From: an uncultured Chloroflexia bacterium
GTDB lineage: Bacteria; Chloroflexota; Anaerolineae; JAAEKA01
Reading direction: 5' to 3'
NCBI GenBank assembly: GCA_963709505.1
Contig: CAVPXC010000033.1
Span: 9,289-73,288, forward strand
Length of the DNA stretch: 64,000 nucleotides
In this document: positions 40,839 through 51,849 of the stretch, piece by piece
Numbering within the stretch: the stretch's first letter is position 1
Layout of the letters: each line of letters begins with the position of its first letter
Notes under the pieces: generated by a model
What the model saw: only the letters and a program-made list of their open reading frames with translations
Told to the model about the DNA's origin: nothing
Database searches by the model: none
Made by a program: the position numbers and the translations under genes

Positions 40839-41281
40839 TCGCCGCAATGCTGACCGGGCTGCTAGCGCTGGCCGCGTTGATTGCGCCGCTGCCCAGCGCA
40901 GCCAGCGCTGCCGTTGAACGCAGCATCGTGCTCGACGCCCGCATGTTCGCCTACACGCCCGGCCGGCTGCGAGTCAACCAGGGCGACCGGGTAACGCTCA
41001 CACTGCAATCTTCGGATGTCGTCCATGGCCTCTATATCGACGGCTACGGCGTGGACATCCAGGCCGAGCCCGGCCAGCCGGCCGAGACCACCTTCGTCGC
41101 CGACCGCCTGGGTAAGTTTAAGTTCCGCTGCTCCGTGAGCTGCGGTGCCATGCACCCCTTCATGATCGGCGAGCTGGTCGTCGGCCCAAACATCCCGTTC
41201 TGGCGCGCGGTCGCAGCGCTTTTTGTGGTAACCGTAGGCTCTTTGGTAACTGTGTCGCTGTCTCAAAGAAGTGGAGGGTAG
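40835..41281 (+). CDS. Membrane-anchored cupredoxin with a CuA-type site
   Basis: ATGA overlap with the upstream gene. VVHGLYIDG ... C-SVS-C-GAM-H-PF-M matches H...CxxxCxxxHxxM. Confidence 0.7.
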   Translation: MIAAMLTGLLALAALIAPLPSAASAAVERSIVLDARMFAYTPGRLRVNQGDRVTLTLQSSDVVHGLYIDGYGVDIQAEPGQPAETTFVADRLGKFKFRCSVSCGAMHPFMIGELVVGPNIPFWRAVAALFVVTVGSLVTVSLSQRSGG

Positions 41282-41381
41282 AGAGTGGAGAGTGTGGAAC
41301 GCCGAAGACATGCTAGAACTTCAAGTCCTCCACCCTCCACCCTCCACCCTCCACTCTCCACCCTCCACTCTCCACCCTCCC
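41272..41381. repeat. Inverted GTGGAGR / YCTCCAC heptamer arrays filling the intergenic gap
   Basis: gtggagggtagagagtggagagtgtgg ... cctccaccctccaccctccaccctccactctccaccctccactctccaccctcc. Confidence 0.9.
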
Positions 41382-42776
41382 ATGATCCCCACCGTACGAC
41401 CTGATTCCTCCTGGCGCTTTGAGCTAACAAAGATCTCGTGGGTGCGCCGCCTGCTGACGTGGCGGCCGCTGCAGTTCAGCGTGACCTTGGTCATGCTGGG
41501 GTTTTTCGTGCTGGCCATGCTCACCGGCTTCTTCGGCACGCCCGTCGGCAACCGCAACTTCAGCATCATCTTCGTCTGGATCGTGTGGTGGGCGCTGGTG
41601 ATCATCCTGCTAGTGCCAGCCCTCGGCCGCGGATGGTGCGCCATTTGCCCGATCCCGGCGCCGGGGGAATGGCTGCAACGACAGAGCTTCGTTCACCCCC
41701 GGCAGAGAAAGCTATGGACGCTGGGCAAACGTTGGCCCAACAAGCTAAAGAACATCTGGATCCAAAACTTCGCCTTTCTCGGCGTAGCCCTGTTTAGCGC
41801 CATCATCCTAACCCGGCCCGTTGCCACAGGCGCGATATTGCTGCTGTTCATCGTGCTGGCCTTCGCTCTGAGCATACTTTTTGAGCGGCGCACATTTTGC
41901 CGCTACGTCTGCCCGGTAGGCGGATTTATCGGGCTCTACTCTATGACCGCGCCGATCGAGCTGCGCGTCAAAGACGTTGAGGTGTGCCGGACCCATGACA
42001 CCAAGGACTGCTACCTGGGCAACGAGCAGGGTTTCGGCTGCCCGTGGCTGGTCTTTCCGGGCAGCCTAACCCGCAATACCTACTGCGGCTTGTGCACGGA
42101 GTGTCTCAAGAGCTGCACCATGAACAATGTGGCGATCAACCTACGGACGCCCGGCGCCGACTTGTTCGTCGCCAAGGGCCGCCGGCTGGACGAGGCGTAT
42201 AAGGCCTTTATCATGCTCGCCTGTGCGATCGCCTACTCGGTCGTGCTCCTCGGTCCGTGGGGTCTGCTCAAGGAGGCGGCGAATTTCGGCAGCGTGCCGG
42301 CCTGGCTGCTGTACGCCGCCGGCTTCCTGGCACTCAACCTGCTGATCGTACCTGGCCTGTTCTTTGGCGCCACCAGCTTGAGCCGCGCCCTGGGCGGCCT
42401 GAAGCAGATCCGGCCCAAGGCCGTGTTCATCGACTACGCCTACACCCTGGTGCCGCTGGGCCTGGCCGCCTGGATCGCCTTCAGCCTGAGCTTTGTGTTG
42501 GTCAATATCAGCTACGCTCTGCCGGTGATCGGCGACCCGTTCGGCTGGGGCTGGAATCTGCTTGGCCTACGGGATGTGCCCTGGACGCCGGTGCTTCCAG
42601 CGCTTGTGCCTTACCTGCAAGTGCCTGTGCTGTTGGGCGGCCTGGCCTTCAGCATCAACGCCGCCTGGCGCATTGCCCAAGAGCAGACAAGAACCCACGC
42701 GCTGCGGGCGATATTGCCGGTGGTGGCGTTTCTGATGGCGGTCACGTTGGTGCTTTTCGCGCTGTACCTGGGCTAG
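41382..42776 (+). CDS. NapH/NosH/CcoG-like polytopic 4Fe-4S protein
   Basis: Start MIPTVRP lies after the repeat. GWCAICP and FCRYVCPVGG (CxxCP), CGLCTECLKSC (CxxCxxCxxxC), and about 10 TM. Confidence 0.7.
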   Translation: MIPTVRPDSSWRFELTKISWVRRLLTWRPLQFSVTLVMLGFFVLAMLTGFFGTPVGNRNFSIIFVWIVWWALVIILLVPALGRGWCAICPIPAPGEWLQRQSFVHPRQRKLWTLGKRWPNKLKNIWIQNFAFLGVALFSAIILTRPVATGAILLLFIVLAFALSILFERRTFCRYVCPVGGFIGLYSMTAPIELRVKDVEVCRTHDTKDCYLGNEQGFGCPWLVFPGSLTRNTYCGLCTECLKSCTMNNVAINLRTPGADLFVAKGRRLDEAYKAFIMLACAIAYSVVLLGPWGLLKEAANFGSVPAWLLYAAGFLALNLLIVPGLFFGATSLSRALGGLKQIRPKAVFIDYAYTLVPLGLAAWIAFSLSFVLVNISYALPVIGDPFGWGWNLLGLRDVPWTPVLPALVPYLQVPVLLGGLAFSINAAWRIAQEQTRTHALRAILPVVAFLMAVTLVLFALYLG

Positions 42777-42782
42777 CGCGAA

Positions 42783-42870
42783 TACCTCGTAAGGCGTAAC
42801 ACGTAACTCGGAAGCCGGAACAACTCGATACCCTCCGGGTTCCGGGTTACGTGTTACGCCTTACGAGGTA
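42783..42870. repeat. 25-bp-arm perfect hairpin (TACCTCGTAAGGCGTAACACGTAAC...) with an inner CCGGAAC/GTTCCGG stem
   Basis: The arms are 42783-42807 and 42846-42870. Confidence 0.95.
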
Positions 42871-42882
42871 CGTCCCAAAAAC

Positions 42883-43998
42883 ATGACCGATCAATCTTCA
42901 AATCCTTCCACCGAAAAATATCCCACGTTTCGTTCAGGCCGGGAACGTGTTGCGCTGGGACTGGTGCTGCTCGTTGTACTCGGTCTACCCCTCGCCATCT
43001 TTGGCTATCAACGGCTGCGGGCTGCCGGGCCGATGCGCACCGTCGAGATCACGGCTCGGCTGCCAACCTCCGACTTGGGAGGCTGGACGCCCGAGGTAAT
43101 CACCGTGCAAAAGGGCGAGCGGGTGCGCCTGCGTCTGACCAGCGCCAACGTCGTGCACGGCTTTGCCGTGCCCAAGCTGGGCATCGACGCCGGCTGGATC
43201 GAACCGGGCAAGGTCACCGAGGTCGAATTCGTCGCCAACCGGCCGGGCCGCTACACCACCGAGTGCACCGTCTACTGCGAGGCGGGCCACTGGCGCATGC
43301 GCGGGATCATCCAAGTGGTGGATTCCAACGATCCCCTGGCGTCGGAACAGGACAGTGACCCGCCACAGACCGACTGGGTGGCCTCGGGCATCGACGTTGA
43401 CGCCGAGCACCCCGGCGAGAATGCGCCGGAGCAGGCGCCCGATGCAGCTAACGGCGCCCGGCTTTGGCAGCAAATCAACGGGCGGACGGCTGCCGAGGTT
43501 GCGGAATCGCTCGACCTGCGCCACAGCAGCCCAAGCGACATTTTTGCGCTGCTAGCCTCGCCCGACTTGCCAGAAAGCAAAGCCATAGCTGCCTTAACGC
43601 CGGCCGAGCGCTGGGACGTCGTCGCCCATCTGTGGCGCGCGTCGACCACTCCAGAGACCCTGCAGCTCGGCGCGAAGTTGTACAAGCGTGACTGTACCGG
43701 TTGTCATGGGCCAAACGGCAAGGGTGACGGCCCGGGCGCGGCGGCAATCAAGCAGCAGAACACCCTGCAGGGCATGGCTGGCATGGGAGACATGCCGGGT
43801 ATGAACAAAGCCCCCACCGACTTCACCGACCTGACCGCGCAGGCCGGCGCCTCCGATTTACTCTACTATGGCAAGCTCGTGCGCGGCGGCATGGGCACTT
43901 CCATGCCGTATTGGGGAACGATTTACACAGAGGATGAGTTGTGGGCGGTGATCGTTCACCTACGAAGCCTGGCGTTTCAGTATCCCCCGCAGCATTAG
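42883..43998 (+). CDS. CoxB-like CuA cupredoxin fused to a class I cytochrome c
   Basis: N-terminal TM. VVHGFAV ... [13 protein letters not shown]-terminal [13 protein letters not shown] ... [11 protein letters not shown]. Confidence 0.75.
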   Translation: MTDQSSNPSTEKYPTFRSGRERVALGLVLLVVLGLPLAIFGYQRLRAAGPMRTVEITARLPTSDLGGWTPEVITVQKGERVRLRLTSANVVHGFAVPKLGIDAGWIEPGKVTEVEFVANRPGRYTTECTVYCEAGHWRMRGIIQVVDSNDPLASEQDSDPPQTDWVASGIDVDAEHPGENAPEQAPDAANGARLWQQINGRTAAEVAESLDLRHSSPSDIFALLASPDLPESKAIAALTPAERWDVVAHLWRASTTPETLQLGAKLYKRDCTGCHGPNGKGDGPGAAAIKQQNTLQGMAGMGDMPGMNKAPTDFTDLTAQAGASDLLYYGKLVRGGMGTSMPYWGTIYTEDELWAVIVHLRSLAFQYPPQH

Positions 43999-45977
43999 CC
44001 GCCAACACCCGAAGCGTCTCTTGCCTGGACCATGGCCTGAAACTCTGCAACCTGTTCGCGATCGCCGATGACGGCTGCGGCATCTTCGGCGGCGAAGCGA
44101 AAGGAAGCGGGTGGATTGGCGTTGAGCTTACCTCCTCGTAGCACGCCCACGACCGAGACTCCTATGCGCCTACGGATGTCCAATTCTTGCAGGCTGTGCC
44201 CTTCCACTGGACTACCAGCCGGCACGACGATCCATGCTAACTCAAGGAGATAGGCTGCATTTCGAAGTTGGGCCAGGAGCTGATAATCGCCGTGCATCTC
44301 ATACAAGGGGGCGTACAGCTCATCGCGCACAGCATCGGTAAAACGCTGGATCTCCGTCGCAGGAATGTCCAAATGCAACAGCACCTGGCGAGTCAGTTCG
44401 AGCCCTGCCTCGAATTCAGGCTGCACCACTTCGTGTACACCGAGCGCGTGCAGGCTGCGCAGATGCTCCAAGCCCTCGGCTCGCGCCACAATGTGCAGGG
44501 TGGAATTAAGCCGCCTGACCTCGGCCACAATGGTCTGGGTGATAATTGCCGCAGGCACGGTGGCCAGTAACAATCGCGCCTGGTGCACTTGAGCGGCCTC
44601 CAGCACCATCCGCTGGCTGCTATCGCCGTAGATGATCGGCATACCTTCGTCTTTCAGCGCATCGATGCGACGCTGATCCAATTCGATAACCACAAAAGGC
44701 CAACCTAAGCGCTGCAGCACCTGTGCCACGGCAGTACCCACTCGCCCACCGCCGGCGATCACGACGTGGTCGCTCAGTCCGCCAGCCGGCAGGTTGATCG
44801 TCTGCAAAGGTTCCCCCTTGAACCAACGCTTGCGCAGAGCGTACAGCCGATCGGTCTGCCCGGAGATCAACGGCGTGAGCACCATCGTCACAACCGCCGT
44901 AGTCAATACCAGTGCGTAAAGGTCATTGTCGATGGAGCCAGTGCTCAGTCCTGTCCGGGCCAGCACGAATGAGAACTCGCCGATCTGAAACAGGCCCAGC
45001 CCAACGGCCAGCGGCGCGACGTTGCCATAGCCAAAGCCCCGGGTCAAGACACCGAAAATCAGGGCCTTACCTACGCAAACCAGCAGCACGACCAGCAGCA
45101 CGAGTCCGAGGTTGGTCACCAGAAATGCCGGGTCCAGCAACATGCCAACCGAAGTAAAGAAAAGCAGTCCAAACAGGTCGCGCAGCGGGATGATGTCACT
45201 CAACGCCTGATGTGCGTATTCCGACTCGCTGAGCACCAGCCCAGCTACGAACGCGCCGAAGGCAAAGGAGAGTCCCATGAGATACGAGGCATAGCCGATG
45301 CCTAAGCCCATGGCCGTCACCGCCAACAGAAAGAGCTCGCGCGAGTTCCAACGAGCGATGGTAGCCATCAAACGCGGAATCACCCGTGTTCCAACGAGAA
45401 TCATGGCGGCGAGAAATGCCGCGGCCCGCAGGGCCGCCAGGCCCAATACGGGCAGACCAGCTTCCGGGTCGTTCAGCTGGGGAAGGATAATCATCAACGG
45501 CACAATGGCCAGATCCTGAATGATGAGCATGCCGATCATCACCCGGCTGGACAGGGTGCCCAGCCGGCCCTGGCTTGCCAGAGTCTTCAAGATGACCATC
45601 GTGCTTGACAGGGCAATCATCGCGCCGAACCAAATCGATGAGATGACGGTCCACCCCAGCGCCTTGCCAATCGCCAAGCCCAGCAGAATCGTCAACAGCA
45701 TCTGCACGGGGGTGCCGATCAAAGCGATCCGGCGTACAGGCCGCAGCTCCTTCAATGAGAATTCCAGCCCCAATGCAAACAGTAACAACGCCACGCCGAC
45801 CTCAGCCAACAACTCGATGTCGTGGACGCTAGATACGGTCAGGCCCCCGGTATTCGGACCAAGCAACACCCCCACGAGAATATATCCGATAATCAAGGGT
45901 TGACGGAGACGGTGGGCAATCAATCCACCGATCAAACCTCCCACCACGATGATGGCAATATCCGCTGCAATTCCCAC
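43995..45977 (-). CDS. CPA2-family cation:proton antiporter with C-terminal RCK (TrkA-N/TrkA-C) domains
   Basis: About 12 TM Na_H_exchanger core, IAGGGRVG Rossmann, and a TrkA-C-like tail. Confidence 0.85.
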   Translation of the reverse strand: MGIAADIAIIVVGGLIGGLIAHRLRQPLIIGYILVGVLLGPNTGGLTVSSVHDIELLAEVGVALLLFALGLEFSLKELRPVRRIALIGTPVQMLLTILLGLAIGKALGWTVISSIWFGAMIALSSTMVILKTLASQGRLGTLSSRVMIGMLIIQDLAIVPLMIILPQLNDPEAGLPVLGLAALRAAAFLAAMILVGTRVIPRLMATIARWNSRELFLLAVTAMGLGIGYASYLMGLSFAFGAFVAGLVLSESEYAHQALSDIIPLRDLFGLLFFTSVGMLLDPAFLVTNLGLVLLVVLLVCVGKALIFGVLTRGFGYGNVAPLAVGLGLFQIGEFSFVLARTGLSTGSIDNDLYALVLTTAVVTMVLTPLISGQTDRLYALRKRWFKGEPLQTINLPAGGLSDHVVIAGGGRVGTAVAQVLQRLGWPFVVIELDQRRIDALKDEGMPIIYGDSSQRMVLEAAQVHQARLLLATVPAAIITQTIVAEVRRLNSTLHIVARAEGLEHLRSLHALGVHEVVQPEFEAGLELTRQVLLHLDIPATEIQRFTDAVRDELYAPLYEMHGDYQLLAQLRNAAYLLELAWIVVPAGSPVEGHSLQELDIRRRIGVSVVGVLRGGKLNANPPASFRFAAEDAAAVIGDREQVAEFQAMVQARDASGVGG

Positions 45978-46031
45978 AGGTCAGCCTCCTCGTGCACCAA
46001 GACAACGGGCTGGCCACACCCAAGCGCGGCG

Positions 46032-47524
46032 CTACCGCAGCAGTAACAGCGTCGAAAGCGGTATGCTGACAATGCGCGGGTCGTCTGTAACCGGTTCATC
46101 CGTCAACGTCACGATAATGCCAAAGGGAGCGTTGTACACGGATTTTTCGACGAAGCTACGCAGCCCGCGGGTATCATCCCAGCCAATTCGGGTGCGATAT
46201 TTCACTTCCATGGGGATACGTTGCTCACCCACGGTCAGAATGAAGTCGATTTCAGGCTCGGCCGAGCGTTCGGGAAAATGGGCGACGTCGAGACTCGTGA
46301 TGGATTTAAGGAAATACCCCGCTGCGCTTTCGGCGATGTGCCCGGCCAAGTCGCGCAGATGGGATTGGCGCTCGAGCCCGCTGGCGTCCAACGGTATAAC
46401 TTCCTGCAGCCAACTCGCGCGCAATGCATGGTCGCACAAGCAGAGTTTTTGCGCGCCGCGCGCGCTTGAGCCGAAGCTCCAGGGGTTCGATCAGGCGAAT
46501 CAGAAGCGTGCCGTCAAGAAGCTTGAGATACGCCAGGATCCGTTGCCACCCAATATTGGCGTTCATCGAACGTTTGATTTCGTCAAGATAGAGTGCCTGT
46601 TTGGGCGATTGCCCCGCATAACGACAAGCCAGTCGAAAAACCTCTTCGAGGAGATGCTCATCGCGCTTGGCGCCCCTCGGTCCCACGCGTAAATCGTGTT
46701 GGATCGCTCGACGGATCACGGTATCATTCAACTGATCGGCGAGTTCATCCCAGGGAACATCCGGATGAGAATGGGCGATGGGATAAGCGCCGCGTTCGGA
46801 GAACGCTCTGAACGCCACGTCGCGCTCGATACGTTGATGCAACCCGTGTTCCCGAAGACCCAGCCAAAATCCCTTCTCTCTGAGGGGCGCCAGACCATTG
46901 ACCAGCAGATAGGGCGCCAGAACGTCCTTCGTTGCGGATCTCGGCGATTTCGCGCAGGAACAAAGGTCCCATCTCAAGCGTGCTGATGCGGCCTGCCAGG
47001 CTATCGCGTCCCTGCTCGATGCGGAGCGATGAGCTGCCGGTTACCATGACACGGACGGCGCTCGTGTCCACAAGGAACTTCAATTGCGGCGCCCAGGCAT
47101 CCAGGTTCTGGACTTCATCCAGGAAAAGAAAAACGGATTGCCCTTCCTGCGCGGCCTGGTTGAACGTTTTGCGCAGAATCGTCTGCTCAAACCAATCGGA
47201 CAGGCGAAGAATCGGCTCTTGTAGTTTGCGGATCTCAGGCAACTCGTCGAACTGGATATAGCAAATATGGGCGGGCGGCACGCCTTCGTCCAACAATGTC
47301 TGGATCATCTGCAGCACAAGTGTGCTCTTGCCGACCTGCCGTGGGCCGCTGAGTACGGTGATTTTCGCGAGACCTTGTTTCAAACGCCTCAAAGCCAGCG
47401 GAAAGGCCCATCGTCTTACCGGTGGCAGAGGCGCTTGCGGCAATCCGCGCCACCATGGGTTCAAACGGGTGATGTCAGCTTCTAGCCCTTGGGTCATAAA
47501 CTCAAAGAATTGACGAGTGGTCAT
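46032..47524 (-). pseudogene. AAA ATPase (AAA_14 + DUF4143) with two apparent +1 frameshifts
   Basis: GPRQVGKST / FLFLDEVQ (ORF 46745..47524), then KDVLAPYLL... (46306..46977), then KLCLCDHALRASWL...FGIIV (46032..46439). Shifts are at about 46930 and about 46475 (GC-dinucleotide run). Length is 3n+2. Confidence 0.7.
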
Positions 47525-47761
47525 AGAAATCCTCAGGAGTTGGGGCGAATCGCGGCAGCGCCAGAAAAGTATACATCATTCTTGGTGAATTGGGCAACCG
47601 GTTTGTGTTCCACAACGCGCTCGATTGGCCGTTCCTCTTGCCAGCGGGACGACCTGGCCTCACGCGATGTGCTTGGCGTCCGCATGTGAGTATGTTACAA
47701 TGGAGCAGGCGTTTGGTGAAAACTGTACTGGCTCGCGACTGGGCTGAGAAAGGAGGCTGCG

Positions 47762-48592
47762 ATGGCATCACCGTTTCCGGGCATGGACCCGTACCTGGAA
47801 GGCGAGATGTGGCAGGAGTTCCACGAACGGCTTGCCAATCAGGTAAGCGCTGAGCTCATGCCGCAACTGGCGCCCAAGTACGTAGCGCTGCTGGCCAAGC
47901 GCTACGTGGTTGCAGCCCCTACGACGGGCGCGTTGTCTGGAATGGGCTTGAACATCATCGATTGGCCTGCACAGCGAGTCATCTATCCTGATGTGCATGT
48001 CGTCGCCCCGCGGCCCCCGACTTTGAGGGAACCCTCCGCAGACTACGGCGCTGGCGTGGCCGTGATGGAGCCCGCAATCGAGCTGGCAAGCCCCATGCCT
48101 GAGCAAGTGCCCCTGCTAAGTGTCGAGATTCGCGATGTGGCTCAACGCCGGCTGGTAACGCTGATCGAGATCTTATCTCCGGTCAACAAGCGCGGCACAG
48201 GCGCGCGGGAGTACGCCCAACGGCGCATCGAGCTCCTGCAGACCCGCACGCACATTTTGGAGATCGACTTGCTGCGCGGTGGCACACGGATTGAGCTGCT
48301 GGCCGAGCCACCGCCCGCCTCTTACTACGTCTACTTGAGCCGAACTGAGCGGCGCCCCTACACGCAAATCTGGCCCGTGTCCTTGCGCCAACGCCTGCCG
48401 GCCGTACCGGTGCCCCTGCTTTCCCCCGACCCTGACGTCGTCCTGGATCTGCAGGCCGCGGTTGACGCCTGCTTCGCGCTGGTGGGCTACGAACGCCTGC
48501 TCGACTACGCATCGCCCCCTCCACCACCTCCACTCGATGCAACAGATAACGAATGGGTTGCTAGCTGTCTGCAGGCGGTTGGCCCGCACTGA
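47762..48592 (+). CDS. DUF4058 family protein
   Basis: Characteristic N-terminus MASPFPGMDPYLEGEMWQEFH. Confidence 0.7.
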   Translation: MASPFPGMDPYLEGEMWQEFHERLANQVSAELMPQLAPKYVALLAKRYVVAAPTTGALSGMGLNIIDWPAQRVIYPDVHVVAPRPPTLREPSADYGAGVAVMEPAIELASPMPEQVPLLSVEIRDVAQRRLVTLIEILSPVNKRGTGAREYAQRRIELLQTRTHILEIDLLRGGTRIELLAEPPPASYYVYLSRTERRPYTQIWPVSLRQRLPAVPVPLLSPDPDVVLDLQAAVDACFALVGYERLLDYASPPPPPPLDATDNEWVASCLQAVGPH

Positions 48593-48669
48593 TCGGCCGG
48601 CGGCGGTGCGGGATTGGATTCAACGGTGGCGAAACCGGGTACTACACCAGAATTCACCACTCATTTGCC

Positions 48670-51600
48670 ATGCCTAACTTCACATATCGCAAACTTCTGT
48701 CGACCTTCGGCTCTCTGGCCGTACTGACATTGACTGTCTTGTCATCTACGGCGTCGGCCACACCCGGCCGTGCCGAAGCGGGCGATGTTCAAATCCGGAT
48801 AGCGACCACCCACCTCAACGCGCCCGCCGAACCGTGCACGGACAGCTTCGTCGCCATCCCCCTTGACCACACCACCACCGTCCCCGGCGACACGGTCGAT
48901 CACTACGAAGCCAACGGCGCCGGCGTTGCCATCGGCGACCTCGACAACGACGGCGACTTGGACGTCGTCCTGGCGAACCACGCCGGGCCAAACACGATCC
49001 TGTGGAATGAAGGGGGCCTGCACTTTCGTACCGAGCGGATGGACCATGGCGACTCGCGCGCGGTGAGCGTCGTCGACGTCGATGCCAACGGCTGGCTGGA
49101 TATCGTCTTCACCCGGCGGACTGGCGGCATGGCCTGGTGGCAGAATCGTGGCCAGGCCGGCGAGCCCGGTCGCTTCCGCCGCGAGGTGCTGCCCGGCGTC
49201 GCTCGCCCAGCCTATGCCATGGCCTGGGGTGACCTGGATGCCGATGGCGATCTGGATCTCGTCATCGGCTCCTACGATGCCAGCCTGTTGGATGACCTGG
49301 GCAATGAATTTCTCTTGAAGGGCGGAGGCGGGGTTACTTTCTACGAAAACCGCGCCGGCAGGTTCGTGCCAACCGGCTTGGAGTCCAAAGCGCAGGCGAT
49401 GGCGATTGCCCTGTTCGACGTCGACCGCGACGGCCGGCGAGACATCGTGGTGGGCAACGACTTCGCCGTCCCGGACCATGCTTGGATCCGTGGAGAGTCT
49501 GCCTGGCAGCGCACATCGTTTGAGACCACCAGCCACAGCACGATGAGCCTGGATGCCGGCGACGTCGACAACGACGGCGTATTTGAGCTGTTCTCGACCG
49601 ACATGATGCCTATTGACGACGCACCTGCGACCGTCGCAGCGTGGGATCCGCTGATGGCCGGCATGGTCGATCCGATCGACCCAGCCGATCCACAAATCAT
49701 GTCGAACGTGCTCCAGGTGGCAACCGAAAAGGCGGGCTATCAAAACGCGGCCCGGCCGCGCGGCGTCGACGCGACGGGCTGGAGCTGGTCGGCGAAGTTC
49801 GGCGATCTGGATCAGGATGGGCTGCTGGACCTGTACGTGGTCAACGGGATGATCGAGTCGACGATGCTGGCTCACCTGCCCGACCACGAGCTGGTCGAGG
49901 CCAACCAGGCGATGCACAACGTCGGCGACGGTTTTTTCCGGCCGGCGCCGCAGTGGCAGCTTGGCTCGTCCGCCAGCGGCCGCGGCATGAGCATGGCCGA
50001 CCTGGATGGCGACGGCGATCTGGACATCGTCGTCAACAACCTGCGACAACCAGCCCAGCTTTTCGAGAACCGGCTGTGCGGAGGCCAGAGCCTTCTCGTC
50101 GACCTGCGCTGGCCGGGCAGCGCTAATGCACACGCCATCGGCGCCGAGCTTACGCTCAAAACCAGTGACGAAACAATGACGCGAGACGTGCGCTCCGGCA
50201 GCGGATACCTGTCCGGCGACCCATCGCGTAGTCACTTTGGCATTCCGGCTGGCGCATCGACGCAATCCCTGGAGATCCGTTGGCCCGATGGGGTCCTCTC
50301 AACAATACGCGATCTCCAACCCAACACACTGCTAATGGTGACTCGCGAAGACACCGTCAGACCAAGTCCCGACAAGTCCGCTGCGCCCAACTCTCCGAAC
50401 AGCACCCTGCGAGCCATCATCGCCCAGCAAGGCTTGACCGGCGACCCCAGCACCGGTCGCGAGCTGCCCGATATTGAAGACCCGCTGGCGCAGTTGGGGA
50501 TGAAACTGTTCTTCACCAAAGCGCTCGGCGGCGACAAAGACTCGGCCTGTGTGACCTGCCACCACCCGCTGCTGGGCGGCGGGGATGGCCTGGCGCTGTC
50601 TATCGGCGTCGGCGCGACGGAGCCGGACCTGCTCGGGCCCGGACGGACCCATCCTAGCGACTATTTCAATGTTCCACGCAACGCGCCCACCACGTTCAAC
50701 ATCGGGCTGTGGGACCAGGTCTTGTTTTTCGATGGCCGGGTGGAGAGTCTGGGCAAAACCGCCGGCAAGAACGGCGACGATGGTCTCGGAATCCGAACCC
50801 CAGATACGCGTCTTGGCATTGCGGATCCCAGCGCCGGCGACAGCTTGGTCACGGCCCAAGCGCGCTTTCCTGTGACGTCCAAAGAAGAAATGCGCGGCTC
50901 ATCCTTCGAGTTCCACCGGCCAAACCGTCTCGTGCGTGAACATCTCGCCGCCCGTTTGGGCGACTACGGGTCGGGCAAGCAAGAGCTGGACATTAACCAA
51001 TGGATTGACGAATTCCAGCAGGTCAAGGAAGGCCAGAACGTCGAGGGTGTCATCAGCTACGACACCATAGCCGCAGCCATGGCTGCCTACCAGAAGTCAC
51101 AGGTCTTCGTCGACACCCCATGGCGAGCCTATGTCCAGGGCGACGACGGCGCAATCGATGAGTCGGCCAAACGCGGCGCGCTGCTGTTTTACTCGGAGAT
51201 CGGTAAAAGCGGCGCAGGATGCGCCGAGTGCCATCAGGGCGACTTCTTTACCGACGAGCAGTTCTACACTCTTGCCATTCCGCAGATTGGCAATGGCAAG
51301 GGCGATGGTCCTCACGGCGACGATGATTTCGGACGCTTCCGCGAGACCGGGCGTGCGGACGATCTCTATGCCTTTCGCACGCCGACCCTGTTGAACGTCG
51401 AGGTGACGGGACCGTACGGTCACGACGGCGCGTACGATACCTTGGAAGGCATCGTGCGCCATCATCTCAATCCCGTCGAAGCCGTGCGATCGTATGATCC
51501 TGGCCGGCTCGATCCGGCAGTCAAGACAACTCACCTCGTGCCCAACACCCAGCGCGCCCTGGCTAAACTGGCCGCCGATCGCCGGATGGGGTGGACGCCC

Positions 51601-51849
51601 CTCCAGGATGTCGATCTGACGCCCAGTCAGGTAGACGACCTGGTAAGGTTCCTACTGAGCCTGACCGATCCATGCGTCAAGAGCCCAAGCTGTCTGGCCC
51701 CTTGGATCCCCGATGACCTTGACGGCGATCCTGACGAGCTCAGGCTACGTCCGACTATCCCTTCGCTGACACCTCAGACGCGTTGGCAGGGCTTCTCAAG
51801 AGTCCACCCACGTGTCACGCTGAGCGGGTCAAATGGAAAACCTGAATGA
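48670..51849 (+). CDS. Secreted FG-GAP/VCBS repeat + ASPIC/UnbV domain fused to a di-heme cytochrome c peroxidase (CCP/MauG family)
   Basis: Repeated DLDNDGDLD / DLDGDGDLD calcium-type loops. GSGYLSGDPSRSHFGIP. Two CxxCH motifs (CVTCHHP, CAECHQG). FRTPTLLNVEVTGPYGHDG. Confidence 0.75.
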   Translation: MPNFTYRKLLSTFGSLAVLTLTVLSSTASATPGRAEAGDVQIRIATTHLNAPAEPCTDSFVAIPLDHTTTVPGDTVDHYEANGAGVAIGDLDNDGDLDVVLANHAGPNTILWNEGGLHFRTERMDHGDSRAVSVVDVDANGWLDIVFTRRTGGMAWWQNRGQAGEPGRFRREVLPGVARPAYAMAWGDLDADGDLDLVIGSYDASLLDDLGNEFLLKGGGGVTFYENRAGRFVPTGLESKAQAMAIALFDVDRDGRRDIVVGNDFAVPDHAWIRGESAWQRTSFETTSHSTMSLDAGDVDNDGVFELFSTDMMPIDDAPATVAAWDPLMAGMVDPIDPADPQIMSNVLQVATEKAGYQNAARPRGVDATGWSWSAKFGDLDQDGLLDLYVVNGMIESTMLAHLPDHELVEANQAMHNVGDGFFRPAPQWQLGSSASGRGMSMADLDGDGDLDIVVNNLRQPAQLFENRLCGGQSLLVDLRWPGSANAHAIGAELTLKTSDETMTRDVRSGSGYLSGDPSRSHFGIPAGASTQSLEIRWPDGVLSTIRDLQPNTLLMVTREDTVRPSPDKSAAPNSPNSTLRAIIAQQGLTGDPSTGRELPDIEDPLAQLGMKLFFTKALGGDKDSACVTCHHPLLGGGDGLALSIGVGATEPDLLGPGRTHPSDYFNVPRNAPTTFNIGLWDQVLFFDGRVESLGKTAGKNGDDGLGIRTPDTRLGIADPSAGDSLVTAQARFPVTSKEEMRGSSFEFHRPNRLVREHLAARLGDYGSGKQELDINQWIDEFQQVKEGQNVEGVISYDTIAAAMAAYQKSQVFVDTPWRAYVQGDDGAIDESAKRGALLFYSEIGKSGAGCAECHQGDFFTDEQFYTLAIPQIGNGKGDGPHGDDDFGRFRETGRADDLYAFRTPTLLNVEVTGPYGHDGAYDTLEGIVRHHLNPVEAVRSYDPGRLDPAVKTTHLVPNTQRALAKLAADRRMGWTPLQDVDLTPSQVDDLVRFLLSLTDPCVKSPSCLAPWIPDDLDGDPDELRLRPTIPSLTPQTRWQGFSRVHPRVTLSGSNGKPE

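Noticed and set aside
46032-48592. AAA ATPase (DUF4143) plus DUF4058 as a defence module.
   Set aside because: The ATPase is disrupted twice. DUF4058 genes are often multi-copy and stand-alone. They are on opposite strands (divergent), and no nuclease/ATPase coupling signal was seen.
48742-50265. Long antisense ORFs: 48742..50265, 52107..53687, 53723..55195, 59867..61825, 24978..26009, 12360..13379 and 31261..32169, all on the minus strand.
   Set aside because: Each one lies fully opposite a gene with clear family motifs. Their translations are Arg/Gly/His/Ala-rich low-complexity sequence, which is typical of shadow ORFs in GC-rich DNA.
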